Origin: Dehalococcoidia bacterium
Lineage (GTDB): Bacteria > Chloroflexota > Dehalococcoidia > UBA6926
Length of the DNA: 64,000 bases
Direction: 5' to 3'
Assembly (NCBI GenBank): GCA_965205915.1
Contig: OZ242191.1
Coordinates: 853,410 to 917,409 of the forward strand
This document shows positions 49,120 to 57,950 of this stretch, piece after piece (positions within the stretch are counted from its first letter, which is position 1; each line of letters begins with the position of its first letter). The position numbers and the translations under genes are program-made. Below the pieces are notes generated by a model, which worked only from the letters and a program-made list of their open reading frames with translations, was not told where the DNA came from and did no database searches.

Positions 49120-49311
49120 TCACAGCAGCGCCAGGTGGTCTCGGTGGACCATCTCCTCGCCGTGGAAGATGGTGCCCGATGGTGAGGCGTCCTCGAAGAA
49201 GCTCCTGAATCCCTTGCGGATTGCCGATTTAAGAGCTTTTCCCTGTCCTCCGCCCTCTACAAAGATCGTCGCGCTCACCAGCGGTTGCCCCCAATGTGAC
49301 CACGCGTCCAC
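49120..49311 (-). pseudogene. chimeric ORF: about 30 foreign N-terminal codons fused to a diverged duplicate of the proB 3' end
   Basis: The C-terminal ...FFEDASPSGTIFHGEEMVHRDHLALL matches the ProB C-terminus ...FFDDASTSGVTYHGEEMIHRDHLTLL. DNA 49120-49205 is ~80% identical to 50613-50700. GTG start overlaps the ATPase gene end. Confidence 0.55.
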
Positions 49312-50519
49312 AGCTCGCCTACCCGATACTTCTCAAGCCAGATGCCAAAGTTCTCCTTATCCACCCGTTTGAACTCGGTGCCGTTCCTGCCTCGCTCGGT
49401 GATGATGAGCGATTCCGGTTGATCGTTTAGATGATCCACGATGTACTCGGAGTGCGTCGTAACGATTAGCTGCGTCCGTTCGGAGGCCTCCTTGATCATG
49501 CGCGTCACGTTCTGGAGCAGGTCCGGATGCAGGCCAACCTCCGGCTCCTCCAACAAGATCAACGGCGGGGGATTGGGGTTGCACAGGATCGCGATCAGAC
49601 ACAGATAGCGAAGCGTGCCGCCGGACATTCGATTAGGCGTGATTGGGGAGTCCAAGCCGTCTTCAAAGATGATTGTCTGGAGCGTGCTGGCAGCCACCTG
49701 CGTGTCAACGTCTTTGATTCCTTCGTAGAGGTCCTTCACACGATCCTTCACGGCGTCGCGGATTTTCGCGTTGTTCAACAGCGAGTTCAGCAGCGTGTGG
49801 AGATTGCTGCCCTTCTGATTGAGCGGGCCGGGCAGATTTGCGGCCAATTCCGCTTGGCGCAGCGCAGAACCCGGCCCGGTGTCAAACACGTCGTAAGCCT
49901 GGATTCCATCCAGGCGGAGCCGAAGAAACGTAATTTCTGGATACGTGTTCATGTCCGCCAGTTGCGGCAACACGGATCGGATCATAGAGAATTTGTTATC
50001 ATCGGGGGCCGTGCTTTTTTCGAGGGTGACGTCTTCACGACGCATTGCAGGGAGAAGGCTCCGTATCGCGGATACGATAGGATCGCCGTTGTTCCGTCTA
50101 TACAACGGTTGCCATTCAGTACCCTGGTCAAGGTAATCGTCTGCTCCCCACACCGCCTCGTCCACAATCACGGGGTTCTGCCCCCAAGGTGGCTCAGCCA
50201 GTGACAATCCATATCCCACAGTGCCATAACCCAAAAATTTCCAGCTCGGGTCGTTCATAGCGACGCTAATGCTTGCAATCCGGGCCTCACCGGAGCCCTT
50301 CCATATCCAGCCACTGATGCCGCCGTTGTTCAGAACGAATTGATCGAGATTGTTGGGCACAGCACGCAAGAGCGATAATGCCTGCACCAAGTTGGACTTG
50401 CCAGACCCGTTAGGGCCAATGAGCACGTTCAACGGGCCCAGTTCAAGCGTCTGAGCTTCCGGGCCAAACGACAGTATGTTTTCAAGCCGAATCGAACGTA
50501 TCAGACCGTTGCCTGCCAA
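49275..50519 (-). CDS. orphan AAA_21/ABC-type ATPase (defence-island-like ATP-binding protein)
   Basis: Walker A GPNGSGKSN, signature-like MSGGTLRY, Walker B LILLEEPEVGLHP, H-loop TTHS. No Toprim or other nuclease domain. Lower GC than proA/proB. Inserted between proB and proA. Confidence 0.7.
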   Translation of the reverse strand: MAGNGLIRSIRLENILSFGPEAQTLELGPLNVLIGPNGSGKSNLVQALSLLRAVPNNLDQFVLNNGGISGWIWKGSGEARIASISVAMNDPSWKFLGYGTVGYGLSLAEPPWGQNPVIVDEAVWGADDYLDQGTEWQPLYRRNNGDPIVSAIRSLLPAMRREDVTLEKSTAPDDNKFSMIRSVLPQLADMNTYPEITFLRLRLDGIQAYDVFDTGPGSALRQAELAANLPGPLNQKGSNLHTLLNSLLNNAKIRDAVKDRVKDLYEGIKDVDTQVAASTLQTIIFEDGLDSPITPNRMSGGTLRYLCLIAILCNPNPPPLILLEEPEVGLHPDLLQNVTRMIKEASERTQLIVTTHSEYIVDHLNDQPESLIITERGRNGTEFKRVDKENFGIWLEKYRVGELWTRGHIGGNRW

Positions 50520-50612
50520 CCTTGTTGCCTCCTGCTCTTGCGTTTCGCTTGCTCAGTAGATTCGGCAGATTCCCCGGCCACTACGTGGCTGACATAATTC
50601 TAATGCCTCGCC

Positions 50613-51764
50613 TCACAGCAGCGTCAGGTGGTCGCGGTGGATCATTTCTTCTCCGTGGTAGGTGACTCCGGATGTGGAGGCGTCATCGAAGAATTGGCGG
50701 ATTTCCGCGTTGTGTAGGCCCGCAAGCCGACGCATCAGGCCCGCAGGGTACGAAACGGCGCCGCGCGCCACGCCCGTCTCATCCGGCCCGACGATTTCAA
50801 CGATGTCGCCCGTTGTGAACTCTCCACGCACCTCGCGCACGCCGACGGCCAGCAGGCTGGACGAGCCGCCACGTAATGCCCGCGCCGCGCCCTCGTCCAC
50901 AACGACCTGCCCGCGCACAAAGAGCGGGCCCTGCGAGCGACGGCGGGCAGAGGCTCGCCTTCGCCCCCACGCCTCGAATCGCGTGCCAATCTCCTCCCCC
51001 CGCGCCGACCGCAGCAGCACATCCGGCGCGTGGCCGTTGGCGATGACTACCGTCGTGCCCCATGACGTTGCCTCTGCCGCCGCGCGCACCTTGGAGGCCA
51101 TGCCGCCGCGCCCCTGCTCGCCGGGCATCTCCGCGGCCATTGCCTGTATCGCGTCCGTCACACGATCAACCTTATGGATAAGCGCCGCGTCTGAATTCGT
51201 TCGGGGATCGCTGTCGAAGAGTCCGTCCTGATCCGTCAGCAGGATGAGCATGTCCGCCGCCATCAGGTTTGTGAGAGCGGCGGAGAGGTTGTCGTTGTCA
51301 CCGAGCGTCTCACTCAGCTCTTCAGAGGCGACGACGTCATTCTCGTTGACGATGGGAATAACCCCCAGGCTCAAGAGCTCTCGCAGCGTGCGGCGGATGT
51401 TGGCGGCGGAACGCCCTACGGTCAGATCGGAGCGCGTGATGAGCGCCTGAGCGACGACCAGGCCATGTTCCGCGAACGCCCCCTCATAGGAGCGCATCAG
51501 GTGATGCTGGCCGATCGCGGCGAGTGCTTGCAGGGTCGTGACGCCGCGCCCCTTCCCCCTGAGTCCGACGATACTCCGCCCCAGCGCCACCGCCGCCGAG
51601 GTCACGATGATGACCTGCGATTGAGCGGCGACTATTTCCGCCACCTGCTTGGCGATAGACCCTATCAGGGCTTCATCAAGCTGATCGCCGCCATCCGTCA
51701 GCACGCCGGTGCCGAGCTTGGCCACGATGAGGCTGTTCCGCGGCAAGCTAGCGGCTTTGGCCAT
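50613..51764 (-). CDS. proB: glutamate 5-kinase with C-terminal PUA domain
   Basis: Amino-acid kinase fold with a PUA tail. Start probably MAKAASLPRNSLIVAKLGTG (51764). The longest ORF extends to 51794. Confidence 0.9.
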   Translation of the reverse strand: MAKAASLPRNSLIVAKLGTGVLTDGGDQLDEALIGSIAKQVAEIVAAQSQVIIVTSAAVALGRSIVGLRGKGRGVTTLQALAAIGQHHLMRSYEGAFAEHGLVVAQALITRSDLTVGRSAANIRRTLRELLSLGVIPIVNENDVVASEELSETLGDNDNLSAALTNLMAADMLILLTDQDGLFDSDPRTNSDAALIHKVDRVTDAIQAMAAEMPGEQGRGGMASKVRAAAEATSWGTTVVIANGHAPDVLLRSARGEEIGTRFEAWGRRRASARRRSQGPLFVRGQVVVDEGAARALRGGSSSLLAVGVREVRGEFTTGDIVEIVGPDETGVARGAVSYPAGLMRRLAGLHNAEIRQFFDDASTSGVTYHGEEMIHRDHLTLL

Positions 51765-51914
51765 CGATGACCCTGAGGCGTCGTTCACAATCACTCTCGT
51801 GCCGTCTCACGGCGGCTTTCCGGAAATACAGTCCAACCGATAATCCGGTGTCAAACGACAACGGTGCTTAAAAGTATATCGCCGCCAACATGGTGGGCGA
51901 CTGCTACAATCGCC

Positions 51915-53180
51915 ATGCTATTCAAGAACGCGCCCGGGCAGGTGATTGCCATTCACGTTACGAGTCTTTCGCTGACCCACTTTCGGAACTATGCGTCGCT
52001 GGCCTTTGAGCCGGCGGGCGGTGTGACGCTGCTGACGGGTGGCAACGGGCAGGGCAAGACGAACCTGCTGGAATCGCTGCATGTTCTCGCAACCGGCCAC
52101 TCGCACCGCGCGGACACCGATCGCGAGGTGATCGGCTGGAGCGCGGCGCGGGAGCCGATCCCGTACACACGCATCACCGCCGATGTAACAGCCGGTGATG
52201 GAGAAACTCGCCGCCTTGAAATGGTCATGCAGATAGCGCGCCGCGAGGAAGCCGGTTCAGCGCCCCGCCCCGCGCAGCCGAGTTCGGTGGAAATCGGTCC
52301 ATCCGCGTTGAAAGGCGGCACACTGCAAAAGGGCTACCGCGTCAATGGCGTACGGCAACGCTCTGCGAGCGGGGTCGGTAACCTGGCTGTCGTTCTCGCT
52401 GGGCCGGAGGAGGTTGATCTGTTTTCTGGCCCGCCCGCGGATCGGCGGCGCGCTATCGATTCGACAGCCCTCCAGACAGATGGAGAATACGCGCAGTCCC
52501 TTAGACGCTACGAGCGCCTCGTCACACAGCGGAACTCCGCGCTGCGCAACGCGCGCGAGCGCGGAGTTTCGGAACGCACACAGGAAATGCGCCTGTGGGA
52601 GCAGGAGCTCGTCCGCGTCGGCGCGTACATCATTCACCACCGCTTCGCGATGCTGGAGGTATTACAGCAAGAGATGCTTGCGGCCCATGCCGAGTTCACG
52701 GGGCGCAGGGGGCAGCTATCGCTGGACTATCGCTCTACCGTGCCGGTGGAAGTGGAGGCGAGGGGCGCGGCTGAGGCGATTGAGTCATCGTTCGTGGAGG
52801 CGCTCGATTCGGCATGGCGGCGCGATTCCGCTACTGCCACAACATCCGTGGGCCCCCACCGCGATGACCTGCGCGTCGCGTCAGGCGACATTGACCTCGG
52901 CGTCTACGGTTCACGCGGCCAACAGCGAACGGCGGCGTTGGCGCTGGTCATCGCACAATCGGCCTACATCGGGCGAATGCTTCGTGATGAGCCGGTCATC
53001 TTGCTGGACGATCCTCTCTCGGAGCTCGATGCCGACCGCCGCGAGCGCGTGCTGCGCCACTGCCTGACGCCCGGCCGCCAGGTCCTCATCACGACGGCGG
53101 ACGTGGAACTCATCCCCGCGGACATCCGCAAGAGCGCGGCGATTTACACCGTGCGGGGCGGGGCGGTGACGGCAGCGTGA
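51915..53180 (+). CDS. recF: DNA replication and repair protein RecF
   Basis: HFRNY, Walker A GGNGQGKTN, signature/Walker B LLDDPLSELD. Contains a ~60-80 aa lineage-specific insertion. Alternative GTG start at 51942. Confidence 0.8.
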   Translation: MLFKNAPGQVIAIHVTSLSLTHFRNYASLAFEPAGGVTLLTGGNGQGKTNLLESLHVLATGHSHRADTDREVIGWSAAREPIPYTRITADVTAGDGETRRLEMVMQIARREEAGSAPRPAQPSSVEIGPSALKGGTLQKGYRVNGVRQRSASGVGNLAVVLAGPEEVDLFSGPPADRRRAIDSTALQTDGEYAQSLRRYERLVTQRNSALRNARERGVSERTQEMRLWEQELVRVGAYIIHHRFAMLEVLQQEMLAAHAEFTGRRGQLSLDYRSTVPVEVEARGAAEAIESSFVEALDSAWRRDSATATTSVGPHRDDLRVASGDIDLGVYGSRGQQRTAALALVIAQSAYIGRMLRDEPVILLDDPLSELDADRRERVLRHCLTPGRQVLITTADVELIPADIRKSAAIYTVRGGAVTAA

Positions 53181-53234
53181 ACGCAACAGAAGTGTTGACT
53201 TTTGTAAAGGTTGGCGCAATTCTGAGGAGACTGA

Positions 53235-53423
53235 ATGAATGCGAATGAGTTGCGGCGTTGGCTGAGCAAGCAGGGAGCGACGTTTGAGAGGCATAAGGGT
53301 GGCAGTGGACACGTAACCGTCAGGCGGGGTGACCGGACAAGCCAACTTCCTATGCACGGCGGACGGAAAGAGCTGGGACGCAGACTCGTCGAGAAGATCA
53401 AGAAAGACTTGGGGTTAGACTGA
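53235..53423 (+). CDS. hicA: HicA-family mRNA-interferase toxin
   Basis: 62 aa. MNANELRRWLSKQGATFERHKGGSGHVTVRRGDRTSQLPMHG matches the HicA fold. Confidence 0.8.
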   Translation: MNANELRRWLSKQGATFERHKGGSGHVTVRRGDRTSQLPMHGGRKELGRRLVEKIKKDLGLD

Positions 53424-53887
53424 TGCTCGCCTATCCGATAACGCTTGAAGAGGACGATGGGGCTTTGCTCGCAACATCGCCGGACTTCCCGGAACTGACG
53501 TCCTTTGGTGATGATGCGGACGATGCGCTGGCCCACGCCGTGGATGCGCTGGAGGAGGCTATTGCCGCCCGAATGAGTTATCACCAGGAGATTCCGTTGC
53601 CTTCGCGCGGTGAAAACCTCGTTCCGCTTCCGACCCTCACATCGGCAAAGGTCATGCTTTATCGCGCGATGCGGGAGAACGGCATCGGCAAGGCGGAGTT
53701 GAGTCGCCGACTGGGGTGCCACATGCCACAGGTGGACCGCCTCCTGGATCTCAACCACAGTTCGAGAATGAATATGATTGACGCCGCCATGCGCGCCGTC
53801 GGCCTCCGGTTGAGCATTAGCGCCGTCCCCGTGGAGACCCCCCTACTGGCCATCGCCGAAGAGCAAGGCAAGTATCGGGCACGATGA
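53423..53887 (+). CDS. hicB: HicB-family antitoxin with C-terminal HTH
   Basis: 154 aa. Starts at the hicA stop (ATG/TGA overlap). N-terminal HicB-like fold, C-terminal HTH-like region (RLGCHMPQVDRLLD). Confidence 0.7.
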   Translation: MLAYPITLEEDDGALLATSPDFPELTSFGDDADDALAHAVDALEEAIAARMSYHQEIPLPSRGENLVPLPTLTSAKVMLYRAMRENGIGKAELSRRLGCHMPQVDRLLDLNHSSRMNMIDAAMRAVGLRLSISAVPVETPLLAIAEEQGKYRAR

Positions 53888-53922
53888 GGAACGGCTACCA
53901 TTAGTGACGCGGGAGATTTGGC

Positions 53923-54201
53923 ATGGATGTAAATGACAACCTGCTTGAGCGGATCGCGTCGGATCCGCGGATACTGTTCGGAAAGCCGGTAATTCGTGGG
54001 ACGCGCATCGCAGTCGAGCATGTGCTCGAAATGATGGCAGCCGGTATGACGCAGGACGAAATCGTCGAAGGCTATGACCGCCTGAGCCCGGACGACATCA
54101 GGGCATGCCTGACCTATGCCTACCGCTATGTTGCAGGTGAACTTGGCTATGGCAATGCGAATGGGAATGACGCGGTACGCCCTAGGGATAAAGCAAGATG
54201 A
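53923..54201 (+). CDS. DUF433-family protein (putative antitoxin)
   Basis: GKPVIRGTRIAVEHVLEMMAAGMTQDEIVEGYDRLSPDDIRACLTYA matches the DUF433 consensus. Confidence 0.7.
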   Translation: MDVNDNLLERIASDPRILFGKPVIRGTRIAVEHVLEMMAAGMTQDEIVEGYDRLSPDDIRACLTYAYRYVAGELGYGNANGNDAVRPRDKAR

Positions 54202-54446
54202 GCGTCGATGACACCTTGCTGGAGCGCTTCGTTGGCGAGGACGGACTCATCCCAATCAATCCTCACATTCCTGATTGCGGCATGAGAGTTGAAAGCGTTC
54301 TCGCCATGTTGGCCAGCGGAATGACTTATAGGGAAATCCTCGCCCAGAACCCGTCTCTTCAGGCAGACGACATCAGGGCCTGTATCACCTACGCGTACCG
54401 CTGCGTGTCCGGCGAGCTAATCCTCGGTCGACTTGTCATCCGATAA
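54198..54446 (+). CDS. second DUF433-family paralog (diverged)
   Basis: RVESVLAMLASGMTYREILAQNPSLQADDIRACITYA aligns with the upstream gene. 4-nt overlap between the two paralogs. Confidence 0.6.
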   Translation: MSVDDTLLERFVGEDGLIPINPHIPDCGMRVESVLAMLASGMTYREILAQNPSLQADDIRACITYAYRCVSGELILGRLVIR

Positions 54447-54450
54447 CTCT

Positions 54451-54809
54451 CGTGCGTTTTCTGGTCGACGAGTCCGCAGATTCCCACATCCTCCGTTCCA
54501 CACTTGAGTCATTGGAACACGACGTAATCGCTGTGAGGGACCTTGAAAGGGGTATAGCGATGACGAACAAGTCCTGGCGATGGCCTTTGCCGACAACCGC
54601 GCCCTCATAACCAAGGACAAGGACTTCGGCAGACTGGTTTTCGAGTCCGGTTTGCCGCATCGCGGGGTCATTCGCATTTCTGATAGGGATGCCTCTAGTG
54701 TCGTTGCTGCCGTGCTGGACGTTATCAAGAATTACGAAGATGCCATCGAGGATGGCTCCTTTGTCACGGTCGACTACAACGGAGTGCGGATTACGCCAGG
54801 GCCTCGATA
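54451..54809 (+). pseudogene. DUF5615-family (PIN-like) toxin gene disrupted by a 1-nt frameshift at a G-run
   Basis: The first frame reads VRFLVDESADSHILRSTLESLEHDVIAVRDLERG, then hits a stop. The other frame reads KGYSDDEQVLAMAFADNRALITKDKDFGRLV...GVIRISD. Together these match the DUF5615 consensus. Adding one G to the gaaagggg run near 54545-54552 restores a ~118-aa ORF. Confidence 0.55.
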
Positions 54810-54916
54810 AACACCCCTGCTGCGCTTGACGTTTCATCCTGTACGGGGTAGCGTCCATGTGTACGAAAGTGACGCCCCACCGGCGTTGCGTGATGGAATA
54901 ACCTGGAGGACATATC

Positions 54917-55765
54917 ATGGCGAGAATCGTCAGTATCGAAGAGGCGGGGAATCGATTCAAGGACGGAATGCTCATCGCAATGACCGGTGGCAATGACCGC
55001 GCCTCCATGGCGCTGACACGCGAGATTGTCCGGCGCGGTATCAAGGATCTCAACCTTGTCTTCACGCCCGCCGGCGGCATTCAGGGCGACATGCTCATTG
55101 GCGCAGGCGCGGTTGCATCCATCGACACCGGCTCCCTCACATTCGGCGAGCGCGGCCTTGCGCCCAACTACCGCCGTGTGGCCAAAGAGGGAGGAATCGC
55201 AGCGCTGGACAGCACCTGACCCGTTACGCTCACAGGGCTCCAGGCTGGAGCCAACGGCGTGCCGTTCATCCCGTCCCGTGGCGTCATCGGCACTGACCTC
55301 GTCAACCTCCACCCCAACTGGAAGATCATCGAGGACCCCTACAACGAGGGTCATGACATCCTCCTCGTCCCGGCAATCCGCCCGGACATCGCCATCATCC
55401 ATGCATTCAAGGCCGATCGGTCCGGGAACATCCTGGCCCCCGGCTACGATGACCGCATGATTGCGCAGGCCAGCGACAAGGTCATCGTGACCGTTGAAGA
55501 GATCGTCGACTACGATCTGACCGAGGATTCGCGCGGTGGCCACGTCATCCCGTGGCCGTTCATCAGCCTCGTCGTCCACGTCCCCGCGGGCTCGCACCCC
55601 GGTGGCATGAAGCCGTACTACGTGGCGGACGATGCGCACTTCGCGCAGTACATGGAGGCCGCCAAGACCGGTGACGGCTTTGCGCGGTATCTCGATGAGT
55701 TCGTGCGCGGCCACACGGAGGACGAGTATCAAAAGCTCGTAACTCGTGTGCCCGTGACCGCCTAG
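54917..55765 (+). CDS. CoA-transferase subunit A (GctA/AtoD-like) interrupted by an in-frame TGA at 55217-55219
   Basis: ORFs 54917-55219 and 55259-55765 lie in the same frame (...AALDST*PVTLTGLQAGANGVPFIPSRG...) and together give a ~282-aa subunit A. Either half alone is too short to function. Confidence 0.6.
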
Positions 55766-55794
55766 AAGCGCGTAGCAGGCGAATACCCGCCGCA

Positions 55795-56538
55795 ATGCCG
55801 TTTCAGTCAGACGACTTCACCGTCGGCGAGTTGATGGCCACCCGCATCTCGCGGGAGGTTCATGACGACACATACGTTGGCACCGGCGCCGCATCGCCCG
55901 TGCCCATGGCCGGGGTTCTGCTTGCGCAGGGGACACACGCGCAGGACATGATCTACGTTGCCATCGGCGCGTCTGATCCGGCGCTCAGCCCCATCAGCGG
56001 CAAGGAGACATTCGATCTTGCCCAGCGTGGCAGGCTCGACATCTTCTTCCTCGGCGGCGCGCAGATAGACGGCCACGGCAACATCAACCTGACCACCATC
56101 GGTGACCATGACCGGCCTGACCTGCGGCTCCCCGGCGCGGCCGGCTCCGGGATGCTCTACTTCATGACGAATCGCGTCATCCTCTTCCGCATGGAGCATA
56201 CGCTGCGGGTGTTCGTGGAAGATGTGGATTTCATCACCTCCGCCGGTTCCAGCAGCGAACGTGTGGAACGCCCCGGCGGCCCATCCATGCTCATCACGAA
56301 TCTCTGCGTTATGTTGTACCTGAAGGATCAGAAGCGGTTTGAACTGGAATCCGTTCATCCCGGGGTCACTGTTGATGAGGTGAAAGAGAACACCGGATTC
56401 GAGTTCATCGTTTCAGGAAATGTGCCGGAGACGACGGCCCCCACCGCGGAGCAGTTGAGCCTATTGAGGGGAAGCATCAAGGATAGCGTCGGCGGGCAAT
56501 ACCCGGGCTTTCTGGAGTCAGGGGGTTTCGGCGGATAA
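55795..56538 (+). CDS. CoA-transferase subunit B (GctB/AtoA-like)
   Basis: 247 aa with family I CoA-transferase beta-subunit features. Immediately follows subunit A. Confidence 0.8.
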   Translation: MPFQSDDFTVGELMATRISREVHDDTYVGTGAASPVPMAGVLLAQGTHAQDMIYVAIGASDPALSPISGKETFDLAQRGRLDIFFLGGAQIDGHGNINLTTIGDHDRPDLRLPGAAGSGMLYFMTNRVILFRMEHTLRVFVEDVDFITSAGSSSERVERPGGPSMLITNLCVMLYLKDQKRFELESVHPGVTVDEVKENTGFEFIVSGNVPETTAPTAEQLSLLRGSIKDSVGGQYPGFLESGGFGG

Positions 56539-56620
56539 GCGGGCTCGCGGGTCTTGACGCCCAACCGGTGTTCATTGACACTAAGCTATGGATGTGATGA
56601 GGTCCATAACGGACACAACG

Positions 56621-56655
56621 AGGGGCATGTTTGCGCGTGCCCCTTTGCTTTTTCC
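56621..56655 (+). terminator. putative rho-independent terminator after the CoA-transferase genes
   Basis: ggggca-N10-tgcccc stem followed by tttgcttttt. Confidence 0.45.
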
Positions 56656-56721
56656 GGGGCAGGGAAATCGGCATGAAGGCGCCGCGTTGCGGCGCCTTGT
56701 TGATTAAGGGGGCTGGCAAAT

Positions 56722-57912
56722 ATGGTCGCAACTGAAATCGCCGAGCGAGGAGTGGATTTTGGCATCGACGAGGGTATGCCGGAGTTCAAACAACTCAGAC
56801 GCGCCTACGGGTTTGAAGAAGTGGCCATCGTTCCCGGTCGCGTCACTCTGAATCCGGACCAGACCGACATCAGCTTCGCGATGGGCGGCCGCGTGTTTGA
56901 CCTCCCCATCATGGCCGCCGCAATGGACGGCGTCGTGGATCCGGCCTTTGCCGCCACCTACAGTCGCCTCGGCGGCCTTGCCGTCCTCAACCTCGAGGGA
57001 GTACATGGGCGCTATGCGAACCCTGAAGAGGCCCTGCAAGAGGTCCTTGAAGCCCCGTCCGACTCTGTTACGGCCACTCTCCAGCGAATCTACTCTGCCC
57101 CCATCAAGGATGAATACATCGGCGCAACCATTGAGAAGATGAAGTCGCTCGGCGCGACCGTGGCCGTCGGGGCCACACCTGCCAACACCAAGCGTTTCAT
57201 TGGGACGGTCGTCGAGACCGGCGCCGATTACTATGTCTGCCAATCGACCGTCACGACGGCGCGTCATATCTCAACAAGCCCCGTCGGTCTCCACTTTGAC
57301 GACCTTGTGGGCCGCATTCCGATTCCCGTCATCGTCGGCAACGTCGTTGGCTATCACCAGACGATGGAGCTGTTGCAGACGGGCGTCGCCGGCATCCTCG
57401 TGGGAGTCGGCCCCGGCGCGGCATGCACAAGCCGAGAGGTGCTCGGCATCGGCGTGCCACAGGTCACGGCGACAATCGAGACAGCCGCCGCGCGCGATGA
57501 GTACCATCGCCGAACCGGACGCTACGTTCCAATCATCACGGATGGTGGAATCCGCTCAGGCGGCGACCTCTGCAAGGCGCTCGTCTCGGGCGCGGATGCC
57601 GTTATGCTTGGTTCCATTTTCGCCTCTGCTGAAGAGGCTCCGGGCAAGGGTTATCACTGGGGCATGGCCACGCCGCACCCCGCGCTCCCGCGCGGCACGC
57701 GGGTTCGCGTCGGTGTGCGGGCCAACCTTGAGCGCCTGCTCTTCGGCCCAACGGATCGCACGGACGGCACGGAGAACCTGGTCGGCGCAATCCACACGGC
57801 CATGGGCATGTGCGGAGCGGAGACGATTCGCGACCTTCAGCAGGCTGAGATGATCGTCGCCCCGTCCATCAAGACAGAGGGCAAGCAGCTACAGCTGTCG
57901 GGCCAGGTCTAG
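56722..57912 (+). CDS. IMP dehydrogenase/GMP reductase-family protein lacking CBS domains (GuaB-related)
   Basis: TIM-barrel IMPDH blocks (IGNVVGYHQ, GVGPGAACTSREV catalytic-Cys loop, DGGIRSGGDLCKAL). 396 aa. Confidence 0.75.
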   Translation: MVATEIAERGVDFGIDEGMPEFKQLRRAYGFEEVAIVPGRVTLNPDQTDISFAMGGRVFDLPIMAAAMDGVVDPAFAATYSRLGGLAVLNLEGVHGRYANPEEALQEVLEAPSDSVTATLQRIYSAPIKDEYIGATIEKMKSLGATVAVGATPANTKRFIGTVVETGADYYVCQSTVTTARHISTSPVGLHFDDLVGRIPIPVIVGNVVGYHQTMELLQTGVAGILVGVGPGAACTSREVLGIGVPQVTATIETAAARDEYHRRTGRYVPIITDGGIRSGGDLCKALVSGADAVMLGSIFASAEEAPGKGYHWGMATPHPALPRGTRVRVGVRANLERLLFGPTDRTDGTENLVGAIHTAMGMCGAETIRDLQQAEMIVAPSIKTEGKQLQLSGQV

Positions 57913-57950
57913 GTTCCGGCCTACAGACGACCGCCGGATTCCCGCACAGT

